Assembly (NCBI GenBank): GCA_951406725.2
Contig: OX597815.1
Coordinates: 179,552,001-179,616,000, forward strand
Reading direction: 5' to 3'
DNA length: 64,000 nucleotides
Source of the DNA: Octopus vulgaris
Lineage: Eukaryota
Shown: one piece after another, positions 39,951-52,164 of the stretch
Position numbering within the stretch: the stretch's first letter is position 1
Layout: each line of letters starts with the position of its first letter
Made by a program: the position numbers and the translations under genes
Notes under the pieces: generated by a model
The model's database searches: none
Seen by the model: the letters and a program-made list of their open reading frames with translations, nothing else
Told to the model about the DNA's origin: nothing

Positions 39951-41839
39951 TCACTTTAGTAACAACTCATAAATCTATGTGTTTAGAGAAAAAACTGGAA
40001 AATGTTGAAGCTGCCTGAAGTAATCATTTTCGTTAGAAACGCTGATTTTTAGAAAGATTTCTAACATATCTTATTATGGGAGGGTCATTACGTCAATAAT
40101 GATAATACACGCATTGATTCAATATCACTTCTTTATTGTTAGTCAACTGGTTAAATATATATCCAGCTAACTAATTGATCGTTTGCTGAATGTGCTGGTT
40201 AAACAATCAATCGGATGTTTGTTAGTTCAAGGCTTTTCTAACATAGTAAATAAAAATGGAAACATTCCACAGCCCTCTTTATAATAAATCGCTAAGTCCT
40301 TTTCTTTTTGCATTATTCGAAATGAGAAAGCAAAAATAAGAACAAACACGTGCCCTTTAAATAATCCTGTGTTATTTTAGATAATCCTATGTAATTTTTC
40401 GGTAAAATAACACTTTTTAACAGTTTTTCGGTAAAATAACATGTTGACACTAAAACATTATTTCTTAAAACTTGGGGAAATTTTGATTGAAGAACTTTTA
40501 ACACAGCATGTTAACTATCTCTGGTTCGGTAACATGAAAATTAGAAAGTCTGGGAATATAGTATTCACATCACGCTGCCAGTCGCTGTCTCCTTTCTTCT
40601 TCCCCGGGCAGGAATATCTCTTTCTCTGAACTACGATGTCGGCTTTACATATCATTAGTGATACGTGATAATTTGGTCACTAAAGACCTGAACGAATTGT
40701 TAGAAACGTCAATTATATACTAATAAAAGAATATTATGTCATTCCATGTCTGTCTTATCAGTGTCCATTTTCCGTGCAATAACAATAAAATAATTATAAT
40801 GAAGGTTTCAATTCCAACTCATTCTATCACATTCTACTCTTCTACCATTCTACTATCCTACTCAATAGTCTGTGAGTTCTAAATTTACCACTTTCATTTT
40901 GTTATATTGTCATCTTTCGATATTAGTCTGTGCAGAAAATCTTACGACGTAACTCCCCTTAACATAGATTACGAAGCGTCGATGCATCTTTTGCAGCACT
41001 GATAATTTTCGTTTTGAAATTGGAATATTAATCCATTGTAGATAGTTTTGTTGCGAAATTTCTATTTACAACTACATTCATGAAAGATGGCGATATGCAA
41101 TGGCGTATGCAAGGCCACGAATTACTACAGTAAATTATTTTGTTTCCGTAGTCTAGGCAATAAAACCGTAACGCCTCTACCTTGCGGGTCTTCACGTAAC
41201 GTCGATTCTATCCAGCCGGGATATATCCGTAAGAGTTCTACCCTCCCAACTCCAACTCATACAACCACCACGTCTGTCTCCACCGATAATCCTCCAAGGC
41301 AAAATAGACCCAGACTAGTTGTCCTTCCGCTCACGTGACCTCACTCGTCCTCTCCTTTCGGTAGAGCCCCTCGGCCGTTCGCATGACTTCCCTGGCCCTA
41401 TATTTCCAACCTCAATCAGCCCCACAGCTTCATATGAATAATATCTATAACCAAGAAACGGTTCGATTCTCGGCTAAAATTGACTCGTCGTTATAACTTT
41501 ATAAAGTCATTTTGTTCTAAATAAATACTTATTGTCCTTTGTCAGGCAACTACCTTTAAATCCTCTCTATGTGCAGGATCAGTTTTGAAGACAACAAAGT
41601 TAAAGATTCTTTGTCGTATTAGCATTTCTTAAATATCAATAATGTAATTCATAAAATAAGTCACTTTCTAATGATCCCGTTATATTTTCTTGAGCCAAAC
41701 GTTTACTCAGAGAAGATATTCGAAATTGACTCGGTAGGAATATTTCAAACTGGATGTTTCCATTGATATCATCAGGAATGTTATTTATTAATTTACCATT
41801 GAGTTCTAACTAGATTTCTTAATGAAATAGTTTATAAGA

Positions 41840-42056
41840 GACTCCACAAATGCAGCACGGATTTTTGTCAGTGAACAGGTCGCGGATTTTAGCGACGAAA
41901 ATATTTTGACAAATTAAACTTAAATGTTGGAGTGAATCGAACGGCTTTTGTGTGTTTCTTAAATGGCTTATAAACACCTTCCACGCTGCAATTGTTTTCG
42001 TTTCAGCACACGATCTCAGATCAAGTTACTTGCTATGCGAGTACATCTCCGTAATT
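41840..42056. repeat. Interspersed repeat end related to 2640-2880
   Basis: CACGCTGCAATTG..CAGCACACGATCTCAGATCAAG..TACATCTCCGTAA. Confidence 0.55.
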
Positions 42057-42529
42057 TATAAGAGACTGATAATAAGGTTATTTCGTAATCGTTCTCATTT
42101 CCGCCTAATAAATTTATATTTGCACGTAATGTCTGTATTAGGGAGAAACTTTACGGTCATTAACCATTATGGCTGTCGTCCCGCTTTATAAAAGCGTAGT
42201 CGATATCTTGTTACAGTAAAATATTCTAGAGGAACTAAAATTGAAACACGCGTTCAATCTCCACTGGAAATCATCTCACAAGATATCAATTTGCATGTAG
42301 ACAAATTCTAATGAAAATGATTTGTTTCTAGCTGAGACAGTTTATAGACAGTTTCGTATGAAATAAGAACACATAAAATATGGGAAAACACTTTTTCGAT
42401 GATAGGAAGGCGAAAATAGTCAACGAAGAGAGTTTTTCGAATTCCGAACATAGAAAGACTAGACTAAAGCGACATAACGCCTGCTTTGGGATTCTGTTGT
42501 GTTTGCGTAATCATGCGCTAATTTCAACA

Positions 42530-42592
<63 letters not shown>

Positions 42593-43077
42593 ACACGTAC
42601 ATACATACACACATATACATAAACATATAGGCCCGCATACACATATACACACATTCATATCAATTTTGGTAATTTCCAAAATTTTTACTGAACTTTATCT
42701 CTGGAAAATGCATTAGAAACTTACTTATTCCGTTCCTTCTTGAGGAAGTTATGTATAAACTTAGTTTTATAATTGGGAATTATATAAATTCCCAATTTTA
42801 TAAATCTATAAATTTATATAACTATAAATCTCCATGACTTTATGACTGGTGCAGAGAGGGTTGCTGCAAAAGATTATTGACAACATTTTAACTTAAACCA
42901 GATTTAACCTCATAAAGTTGTAGTTGGTTATCGTATATATTTCGATCCTTGCATCTAAACTACCAGAATATCAATATGTCTACTCAATGAACTTAAAACA
43001 TCTGTCTCCTAGCAGAAGATATTACTTACTTACTGCCTGAAATACCCCATCCTTGGACAAAACTCTTAATTACCAAT

Positions 43078-43497
43078 AAGGCGGTGAGCTGGCAGAAAAG
43101 TTAGCACGCCGGGCGAAATGCTTAGCCGTATTTCGTCTGTCGCTACGTTCTGAGTTCAAATTTCGCCGAGGTCGACTTTGCCTTTCATCCTTTCGGAGTC
43201 GATTAAATAAGTACCAGTTACGCTCTGGGGTCGATATAATCGACTTAATCCGTTTGTTTGTACTTGTTTGTCCTCTCTGTGTTTAGCCCCTTGTGGGTAG
43301 TAAAGAAATAGGTATTTCGTCTGCCGCTACGTTCTGAGTTCAAATTCCGCTGAGGTTGACTTTGCCTTTCATCCTTTCCGGGTCGATTAAATAAGTACCA
43401 GTTACGCACTGGGGTCGATATAATCAACTTAATCCATTTGTCTATCCTTGTTTGTCCTCTCTGTGTTCAGCCCCTTGTGGATAGTAAAGAAATAAAT
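43078..43497 (+). mobile_element. SINE family B, tandem partial dimer
   Basis: Full unit plus a second unit restarting at GGTATTTCGTCTG (43311); one 16-bp TSD ACTCTTAATTACCAAT at 43062-43077 and 43498-43513. Confidence 0.95.
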
Positions 43498-43811
43498 ACT
43501 CTTAATTACCAATGCTTCTGTTGATATAAATGCAGTGGATATCACATGTTAGAACAGTTGATTGGTAGTGCAAGGAGAAACCTTGTGTATTTCGCGACTA
43601 CCTTGTGGTTAACATGTCACCTTGATATACCCAATTCCGCTCATACCTCGAACACTCCACCTCTCCATAAACAAATTAACGCGCTGATTTTCCAAATTAT
43701 CCTCTCTTTACCTCGGGCGGATGCATCTTCTCCGTGTACAATTGGCAAAATATTTGTCATTCTTACAAAGAAGCGAGCTCGCAAAATCGTTACCACGCCA
43801 GCGAGTCTGAG

Positions 43812-43937
43812 ACGCTGTTTGGTAAGAAGCTTGCTTCTCAACCGCATGGATCCGGGCAGGTGTCTTCTGCCATAGTCTCGGGCCAACTAAAGCCTTGTGA
43901 GTAAATTTCGTAGTCAGAAACTTAAAGAAACCTTCCA

Positions 43938-44019
<82 letters not shown>

Positions 44020-44078
44020 ATCTATCTATCTATATATCTAACTATCTATCTATATCGTCTATCTATATCATCTATCTC

Positions 44079-44143
<65 letters not shown>

Positions 44144-44162
44144 CTAACCATTTATCTATCTA

Positions 44163-44199
<37 letters not shown>

Positions 44200-44216
44200 C
44201 TCTGTCTGACTGACTG

Positions 44217-44267
<51 letters not shown>

Positions 44268-44268
44268 C

Positions 44269-44318
<50 letters not shown>

Positions 44319-44545
44319 TGTGTGTGTGTCTTCATGTCTGTGTTTGTCCCCGATCACCGATTGGTAACCGGTGTTGGTGTGTTTACATCTCCGTAACTTA
44401 ATGTTTCGGCAAAAGAGACCGACAGAATAAGTACCAAGCGTGTAAAGGAGTAAACAACAGAGTCGATTTGTTCGACTAAAATTCTTCAAGGTGATGCTCC
44501 AGCATGGCCGCAGTCTAATGAGTGGAATAAATGAAAGATAAAACA
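43812..44545 (+). mobile_element. SINE family A with expanded internal (TATC)n/(TG)n
   Basis: Head 43812-43936, about 390 bp of microsatellite, 3' half 44330-44545. Confidence 0.85.
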
Positions 44546-46192
44546 TAATAGCATGGAACTGAAACATTTGCAGCTACTTAATTCGATGACTTATCCTGAG
44601 AATTTAAATAATTCTTTTCCTCACTTTGTAGTGCCAAATTGCTATTCCTAAACATTTACAAACCTGCAGATTCTTTCATTTTAGAAACGCTTTGTCAATT
44701 CTTAATTGAAGATAATTCAGATATTGCCTTTTTGTACCATTATAGCCATTCAATTCACCAATTCTATTCTATCAAAAATAACATCGCTGATTAACCTTTT
44801 TAGCTAATTGTATTATATTTATAGGAATTTTATGAAATAACAATCATCAAAGAAAATTTATTTTTATAATTTCTATCTTTTTAACTGCAGGTATTTTGTA
44901 AATTTTGAATTCTTGGAAACATTTTCCCCCCGCATGAATCATCATTTTTCAAACAATCACTTCAACTTTTATATCTTATTTTGTTTATATCATAAAGTAT
45001 TGTTTAAATTTCACGTTAATTTCCCCTTTCAAAAGCCGTTATCCTTTGTACGGAAAATACCGAAGAATAAGTTATTAGCTCACGGCATGCTGTGTTCGTG
45101 ACATGATTATAATTCATTGTATAATCGTGTTACTTTCACTCAATCTACTCGGAAAGGCTTGAACGTAACAACTTTCAATTTCTACTTTGCGATTCTTAAA
45201 GTAAAGAAACCACTGTTCTGCTACAGATGCTGTCTTTCGCTTCTGCATCCTCCTTTTATACATTTCTCTATTTTCTAAATAATTTATATATCTATTCGTT
45301 CTCTAATCCAGCCATCCAAACATCCATTTATCTATCAAATCTATATATCGTCTATGAGCTTGACTGCGTATTTCGTTTTTCAATGATTACTCATTGTTGC
45401 TAAATGTTCTTAATGCTTATCTACGCTATTTACCTACTCCATTAAACGAGACGACTGATTAACAAGTGAAAGAAAAATTCTTCACCAGAAGTGCTGCAAG
45501 CGGTTTTATTCAGGAAATTAAAGTAATAGTAAGATTATACTACTGATCAACAGTAAAAATGGCGTAAAATATGCGCGTCTCTGTTGCTGCACTTACCGTG
45601 ACAGTTGTCGACATTTTTTTCTTTCGAAGGATTTGGAGTTCTCGAATTCTGCTTTTAAAAAGCCGTTCAGAATGCTCTCAGTTTTATTCACATGAATGCA
45701 TAAATTATTCAATGTTTCTTAACATTACGACAATCGCTATTATTTTTTTAACTTCTCATTTGATAAATTGTAAATTAATGGACTTCCAGCTCATTGATCA
45801 ATGAACTCTGCAAAAATATAGTAACGAGAATTTAAAAATTCAATTTAAAATTTTCTTTTTGTTTCTCATGTTTTCACCCGAAAATAAAGTGAAGTTTTGA
45901 CGAGCAACAAGAATTTATAACATCAGTGTTTCCTTAAGATCAATAAAGCATCATGTAAACAAAAAGCCCAAGAGGACGCCAAAACCATTAGTCTTTGACT
46001 ATGCATTGTTTCCAATTACCAAATGCCAATCACTAGGCACTTGTAAACCGGGTGCTGTTGTTGGAATTTGCTTTCGGTACTGCACAATAGAACTGAAACA
46101 GGAACCGTGTGTATGTGGGAAGCGAACTCTTAAACCATACCCCCACGAAGAACTTACGCAGGTTCGTCCAAGATCAACATGGATGTATATAC

Positions 46193-46392
46193 TTTTCTAC
46201 TCTAGACAAAAGACGCAAAATTTTTGGGGAGGCTGCCAGTCGATTAGATCGACCGTAGCACGTAAGTGGTACTTGATTTATCGACCCCAAAAGGATGAAA
46301 GGCAAATTCGACCTCGGCGGAATTTGAACTCAGACGAAATACCGCGAAGCATTTTACCTGGCGTGCTAACGTTTCTGCCATATCGCTGCCTT
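46193..46392 (-). mobile_element. SINE family B, tail type 2
   Basis: TTTTCTACTCTAGACAAAAG..ATCGACCCCAAAAGGATGAAAGGC..GTGCTAACGTTTCTGCCA. Confidence 0.87.
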
Positions 46393-46402
46393 AACCTTGA
46401 TG

Positions 46403-47704
46403 TTAGGTTGTCAAGAAAGTTCTTGCGGTTTTTAACTTTTAAATTCAGATGCACAAATCTCGGCTCAAACAAAACTTTATTAATCGAAATAAACACTATC
46501 AGAATCAACACATTTTTGCCAACGCGAAACAAGTTTATTCATGCCAGGAGCATAAAAATCCTGCGTTCTGGTGGCGATGAAGTCGTTGAAGGCATGTTTG
46601 GCATCGCCTTGGTTTTTGAAACATTTCATACGCAAGAAGTTGTCAAGATGCTTAAAAAAGGGGCAGTCGGTAGGTGAGAGGTCTGGTGAGTATAGCGGAT
46701 GAAGCAGATTTTCGTAGCCCAAATCGCTCAACTTCTGCAGGGTCAGTTATGCGACGTGCGGCCGAGTATTCTGGAGAAGAATTGGTCCTTTTCTATTGAC
46801 CAATGCTGGCTGTTGTTGTCGGAGTTTCTTATGCATTTCATCCATTTGCTGACAGTACTTCTCCGCCGTGACGGTTTCGCCTGGATCCAAAAAGCTGTGA
46901 TGGATGAGACCGGCCGCAGACCACCAAACAGTCACCATTGCCTTCTCTTGGTGCAACTTCGGCTTCGGGAAGTGCTGTGGAGCTTCGTCAGCGTCCAACT
47001 ACTGAGCTGAGTGTCGCCGGTTGTCGTAAAGAATTCACTTTTCATCGCAAGTCTCAATCCGGTGGAGACACGGGTCGTTCTTGCTGCGTAAAAGAAGGGA
47101 AGAAGACACTTCAAAACGGTGTTTTTTTGTTTTGTTTTTTTTGGGGGGGGTTATCGTTGAATTCGTGCAGCACCCATTTCTCTAGTATTTTTGTTTTTTC
47201 AATCCCTTTCAAGTAGTTGGTAATTGTCGTATACGTTATATCTAATTCAGAAGCAAGCTCTTGAACAGTTGTGCGTGGATTGGCTCCCACTAAGGCTCTT
47301 AGTTGATCGTTGTCAACATCCGATTTCCGCCCACTACGCTTATCATCTTCAAGACTCTCGTCATCGCCACGAAATTTCTTGAACCACCATTGTGCTGTAC
47401 GTTCATTAGTGGTTCCTGGGCCAAACGCATTGTTGATATCACGAGCTGTTTCAGCAGCTTTTCGGTCTAGCTTGAACTGGAATAAGAAAATTGTGAGAAT
47501 TTGCTTTTAGTCCATGTTGAATTCAACGTTCCGGAAAAATGGCCTAATTATTCAAAAAGAAAAACAGGAACACGATTAGACAGAGCAAAAAAACTGGCTT
47601 TAAAATGCTATATAAAGTCAAAGCAATTTAACGGAAATTAATTTGAAAATACATAATTTAAAACCAAAATTTAAAATTTCGCAGGAACTTTCTTGACAAC
47701 CTAA
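46403..47704 (-). mobile_element. Mariner transposon (DD34D, Hsmar1/cecropia-like), full length but defective
   Basis: TIRs TTAGGTTGTCAAGAAAGTTCTTGCG / CGCAGGAACTTTCTTGACAACCTAA, 1.3 kb, TA on the right flank. Confidence 0.95.
46480..47515 (-). pseudogene. Mariner transposase pseudogene
   Basis: AAETARDINNAFGPGTTNERTAQWWFKKF, WVLHE (WVPHEL-like), TCDEK, YSPDLSPTD, KLVSRWQKCV; stops and frameshifts. Confidence 0.93.
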
Positions 47705-48159
47705 TATATTGTTAACGAAAACTGTTCACGTTTAATAATTGTGCTACGCTAGCTGCATTGAGGTTTTGGATTAGTTGTATTGTTTGTGTCAAAGAAATTG
47801 ATTTGCTATATTTGTTCCGATTGCTTTTTGTTCTGAGTTCAAATCCCGCCTAGTTCAACTATTCCTTTCATCCTACAAGGGATGGATAAATTTGGTTCAG
47901 TTTAATTTTTGCATTTTCTATTGTATTAAGACTCCTCTACCTGTGTGCCGTGCCGAGCTATTTTAACGGAGGCGGTGTATGTTTAATGGGTTTCCATCTG
48001 CATTTATCTGCAGGATTCTTTACGATTAATTTAAGGCATATTTAATGGATTTACTTATCATAATAGGTGCCAATAAATAGTGGTGTTCTCCAATTCATAG
48101 CTAACATTTCCAGGAGCCACGCTTGGGAAACATTGCCAAACGTTTTCTTTTTTTTTTTT

Positions 48160-48353
48160 TTCTTCTCTAGGCACAAGGCCTAAAATTTTTGGGGAAGCGG
48201 GCCAGTCGATTAGATCAACCCCAGTACGCAACTGGTACTTAATTTTTCGACCCCGAAAAGATGAAAGGCAAAGTCGACCTCGGTGGAATTTGAACTCAAA
48301 ACATAAAGACAGACGAAATACCGCTAGGTAAATTCCTCCGGCGTGCTAACGTT
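48160..48353 (-). mobile_element. SINE family B, tail type 2
   Basis: Reverse complement of the core and tail 2. Confidence 0.88.
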
Positions 48354-48462
48354 TGTCAAACGTTTTCAGTTAGCCAATCACACTTCCTTCTCATTTTGTA
48401 GTCTTTGATTTTAGATTTTCAGTCAGAAATTGGTATTTAGTCTTATAATTCTTTGGACCATC

Positions 48463-48680
48463 AAGGCGGCAAGATGGCAGAATAGTTAGCACGCCTGGCG
48501 AAATTCCGCAAAGCATTTCGCCCGTCGCTACGTTCTGAGTTCAAGTTCCGACGAGGTCTATTTTACCGTTCATCCTTTCGGGGTCGATAAATTAAGTACC
48601 AGTTGTATACTGGGGATCGATCTAATCGACTGGCCCCGTCCCATAAATTTCAGGTCTTGTAGCTATAGTAGAAAGGATAA
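48463..48680 (+). mobile_element. SINE family B, tail type 2
   Basis: AAGGCGGCAAGATGGCAG head through AGTAGAAAGGA tail. Confidence 0.88.
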
Positions 48681-48888
48681 TTCTTACGAACTGCTCTTCT
48701 AGAATTAATTTGTTTTTTGTCAGATCTTAATTTATTTTGTGATTACAGTTAAAGTTTTGTAATTTGTAGGACGATAGGTTAAGGACCGTTAATTTTTTTT
48801 TTTTTGGTGGGGTGGGGGAGTTGATAGTTTTAGTCTTATATGCTTCCTGAGGGACCTCATCGGGTATTATATCCGGCTATATCATTAA

Positions 48889-49124
48889 CCCATTCGTGCC
48901 GAAATTTTTCTACTGTATGAAATTGCCTGAAAATTCACAAATACAATTATTTTGACCTAAATAACAACTGGAAAAAATTTCATTGAAATCCGTTTGATGC
49001 AGACTGCATATGCGTTAAGAACATGTTTCATTCTTTGATACAGGTCATACAATTTGTATCAAGTATTTGTTTTATACCCTTATAAATTAAGTATCAGTTT
49101 AAACGGACAATCGGCATGAACGGG
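48889..49124. mobile_element. piggyBac-like MITE
   Basis: TTAA-CCCATTCGTGCCGA ... TCGGCATGAACGGG-TTAA. Confidence 0.88.
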
Positions 49125-49686
49125 TTAAGTTACTAGATGTCCCTACGAGCAACTTGAACGTCTGTTAAACATTTTAAGCGTAATTTTGGGATCTTATCAT
49201 TTTCTGTTGGCTTTTAATTGTTTATATCGTTATCTCTCAGATCCTTCGTTTGTTTTTTTTGTGATTGCACATGATTGTTCAGTTTTGTTTTCGTCGTTTT
49301 AAACAAATTCGTCCGAGGCAATTCTCTCTTCATAATCGTTTCAGAATCTTCATCCTCTTTCTCTTCATGTTTCAGTGTTTAGTATTTTATTTTTAAGTAG
49401 TTTTCGGTTTGAGTGGAACATTGTTTAGTTCAAAGAACCTCCGCCGCTTTTTAGAGAGATGAATTCTTTGTAATTTATCGAGGATATCTAGTTTCAGGCG
49501 TTCTTTGGTTTCGGGTACTTTTTTTAATATATTTTTGCCATGTTATATACCCTAGAATTTATCTCTGGTTATTTTTTTTTCAATCGCATCAGTTCTTCAT
49601 TCAAAGATCTTTGATTTTCTTTCCTTTTTTTTGTTGCTTTTGCTTTCCATACTTGTTTAGGTATTAATATTACCCCCCCACTTGGA

Positions 49687-50083
49687 AAGGCGGTGAGCTG
49701 GTAGAAACGTTAGCACGCCGGGCGAAGTGCTTAGTGGTATTTCGTCTGCCGCTACGTTCTGAGTTCAAATTCCGCCGAGGTCGACTTTGCCTTCATCCTT
49801 TCGAGGTCGATTAAATAAGTAGCAGTTACACACTGGGGTCGATGTAATCGACTTAATCCGTTTGTCTGTCCTTGTTTGTCCTCTCTATGTTTAGCCCCTT
49901 GTGTGTAGTAAAGAAATAGGTATTTCGTCTGTCGCTACGTTCTGAGTTCAAATTCCGTCGAGGTTGACTTTGCCTTTCATCCTTTCGGGGTCGGTAAATT
50001 AAGTACCAGTTGTGTACTGTAGTTGATGAAATCGACTGGCCTCCTCCCCCAAAATTTCGGGCCTTGTGCCTGGAATAGAAATA
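49687..50083 (+). mobile_element. SINE family B, tandem partial dimer (tail 1 then tail 2)
   Basis: Same AAATAGGTATTTCGTCTG junction (about 49914-49931) as 43078-43497; the second unit ends in tail type 2. Confidence 0.92.
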
Positions 50084-51063
50084 AATATTACCCTTTTGAT
50101 ATATCTATAGGATACACGCTTTCCTTTGTAACAATAGCCGTTACCGCGTATAGTAATTTGTTTAAACTTGGATATTGATTTTCGTGTCTAAAATGTCCAG
50201 GTCTTAAATGACCAGGTGTTCACCTTCTATTGATGTTGCTATTTCACTATGGAATGTTATTCTTCAGAGTTATTTCGTTAGTGGATTGCAAATTCCATTG
50301 CTTTTTATTTATGAATTATTTCTACTTTCAAACTTTCAAGATCCTGATACTCTCTTTTGAATCTATAACTCAAAATATTACTTCTTTTATTTATATTTTA
50401 GTTTGTGATGAGCGGGTACAATTTCTGTTTTTCAGTATTCATCAGCTATTTTACAGCTCGTCTTTGCATTCCCTTATTTAATCCATTTCTCTGGCACAGG
50501 TTAGAGAAATATACCTGCTTTATGTAGTCAAAATACATATTTTTTCTTGTATTTAATCTTTACTTCTATTTTCATTACATACTTCTTTTGGATTTCGACT
50601 TCAATTTTTTATATGCGATAGGTTTTGCGAATATACCTTTTGTCAGTAAGCTTGTTAGTCGGAATAAACATTGAGATCTCTGCTATTTTCCCAAACATTA
50701 TGTTATTATATGATCATAGTTTCATCTGTTGAGCGGGAGAAAAGTGTCACTGTACAAAATCTAGATAGAACAGAAATGTATTTCTCTCGTGTCCATTTAT
50801 TGATTTTCAAAAATATTTTACTTGACAAGTTACAGAGAAGAACCAGGATCATTATTTAGGTAATCATAATTTTCTGTAGGCATCTGTGCAGTTTTTTCTA
50901 ACTATTTTTTGTTTCCTCCATTTCTCGCACCGTTTTGCATCAGATTCGAAATAAGCATTTACATTTTAACACTGTGCTGAAGGATATTTCATTTTATTTC
51001 TATCATTGATAAGTTGAGAGAACTATATGAATTCTGATTCGCTTTGTGGCAAAATTCGAAACC

Positions 51064-51408
51064 ATTATTATTATTATTGCCTTTGCACAGCTTCTAACGC
51101 TAGAGATGTACTACGGTGTCAGCTGTTCACTACCAGTGAACTTATTTTTCGAGCCTCTTCCAGAGTATTCGAGCGGTTCCAAGCAGTCCTGTTCTCTGCA
51201 AGTGCTCCACCCTTATTGCAGTCCCTATTTGTTCCACGTACTTCTCGAGATATTTACCCACTGTTCCCACGGCTCCGACAATTATTGGTAATATTACCAC
51301 CTTTTTCATCGACCATAACTGAATCATAAAATCCCATAGGTTTTTGCATTGTAATTTTCGATGATGCCTTCGGGTTTATGGTCGTACCAATTTTTTGCTG
51401 TCAAGACC

Positions 51409-51410
<2 letters not shown>
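51064..51410 (-). mobile_element. R4/Dong-like RLE 3' fragment within (TAA)n
   Basis: WYDHKPEGIIEN, LWSMKKVVILPIIVGAVG..LQRTGLLGTARIL; both ends abut TAA repeats. Confidence 0.88.
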
Positions 51411-51620
<210 letters not shown>

Positions 51621-51789
51621 ATGTTTGACTTTTGCTTTGAATTTCTCACCCAGAGACATCAACAAACAAAATGTTAGAAGTTCAAATTGGTCTTATGACT
51701 AGGGTGCACAAAATTCTGGAGAATATTGAAGAAAACAAGAAAATTAAAAGCTAGTTTCAAAAATAAGTTGATTATCAGATGATAGTGTG

Positions 51790-51827
51790 GGGGTAAAACA
51801 CAGACACACAAACATATACACGCATAC

Positions 51828-51858
<31 letters not shown>

Positions 51859-52006
51859 CACGACGAGTTTCTTTCCAGTTTATGTCTATCAAATCAACTC
51901 ACAAGGTGTTGGTCGACCCGAGGCTATAGTAGAAGACACTTGCTCAATGTGCTACGCAGTGGGACTGAACCCGGGACCACATAGTTGGGGAGCAAGCTTC
52001 TTATAA
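51790..52006 (-). mobile_element. SINE family A, 5' half
   Basis: CCGAGGCTATAGTAGAAGACACTTGC..GCAGTGGGACTGAACCCGG. Confidence 0.87.
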
Positions 52007-52164
52007 CATACATATAATATAATGTCAAATCTATTTTCATTTATCTTTCTGTCCGTTTGAACAGTAAAGTTCCAACGGAGAGAGATGTGATCATTTTCTA
52101 GTACAGGAAATGGTTATTATTGCTGTTGTTATTGTTGTTTTTGTTGTTGCTGCTGCTGTTGTTG

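Noticed and set aside
46006-46677. 223-aa plus-strand ORF
   Set aside because: Chance read-through across an antisense SINE and an antisense mariner.
49150-51000. T-rich region as an antisense coding element
   Set aside because: Strand skew suggests a very old LINE remnant, but no motif is readable, so it is not called.
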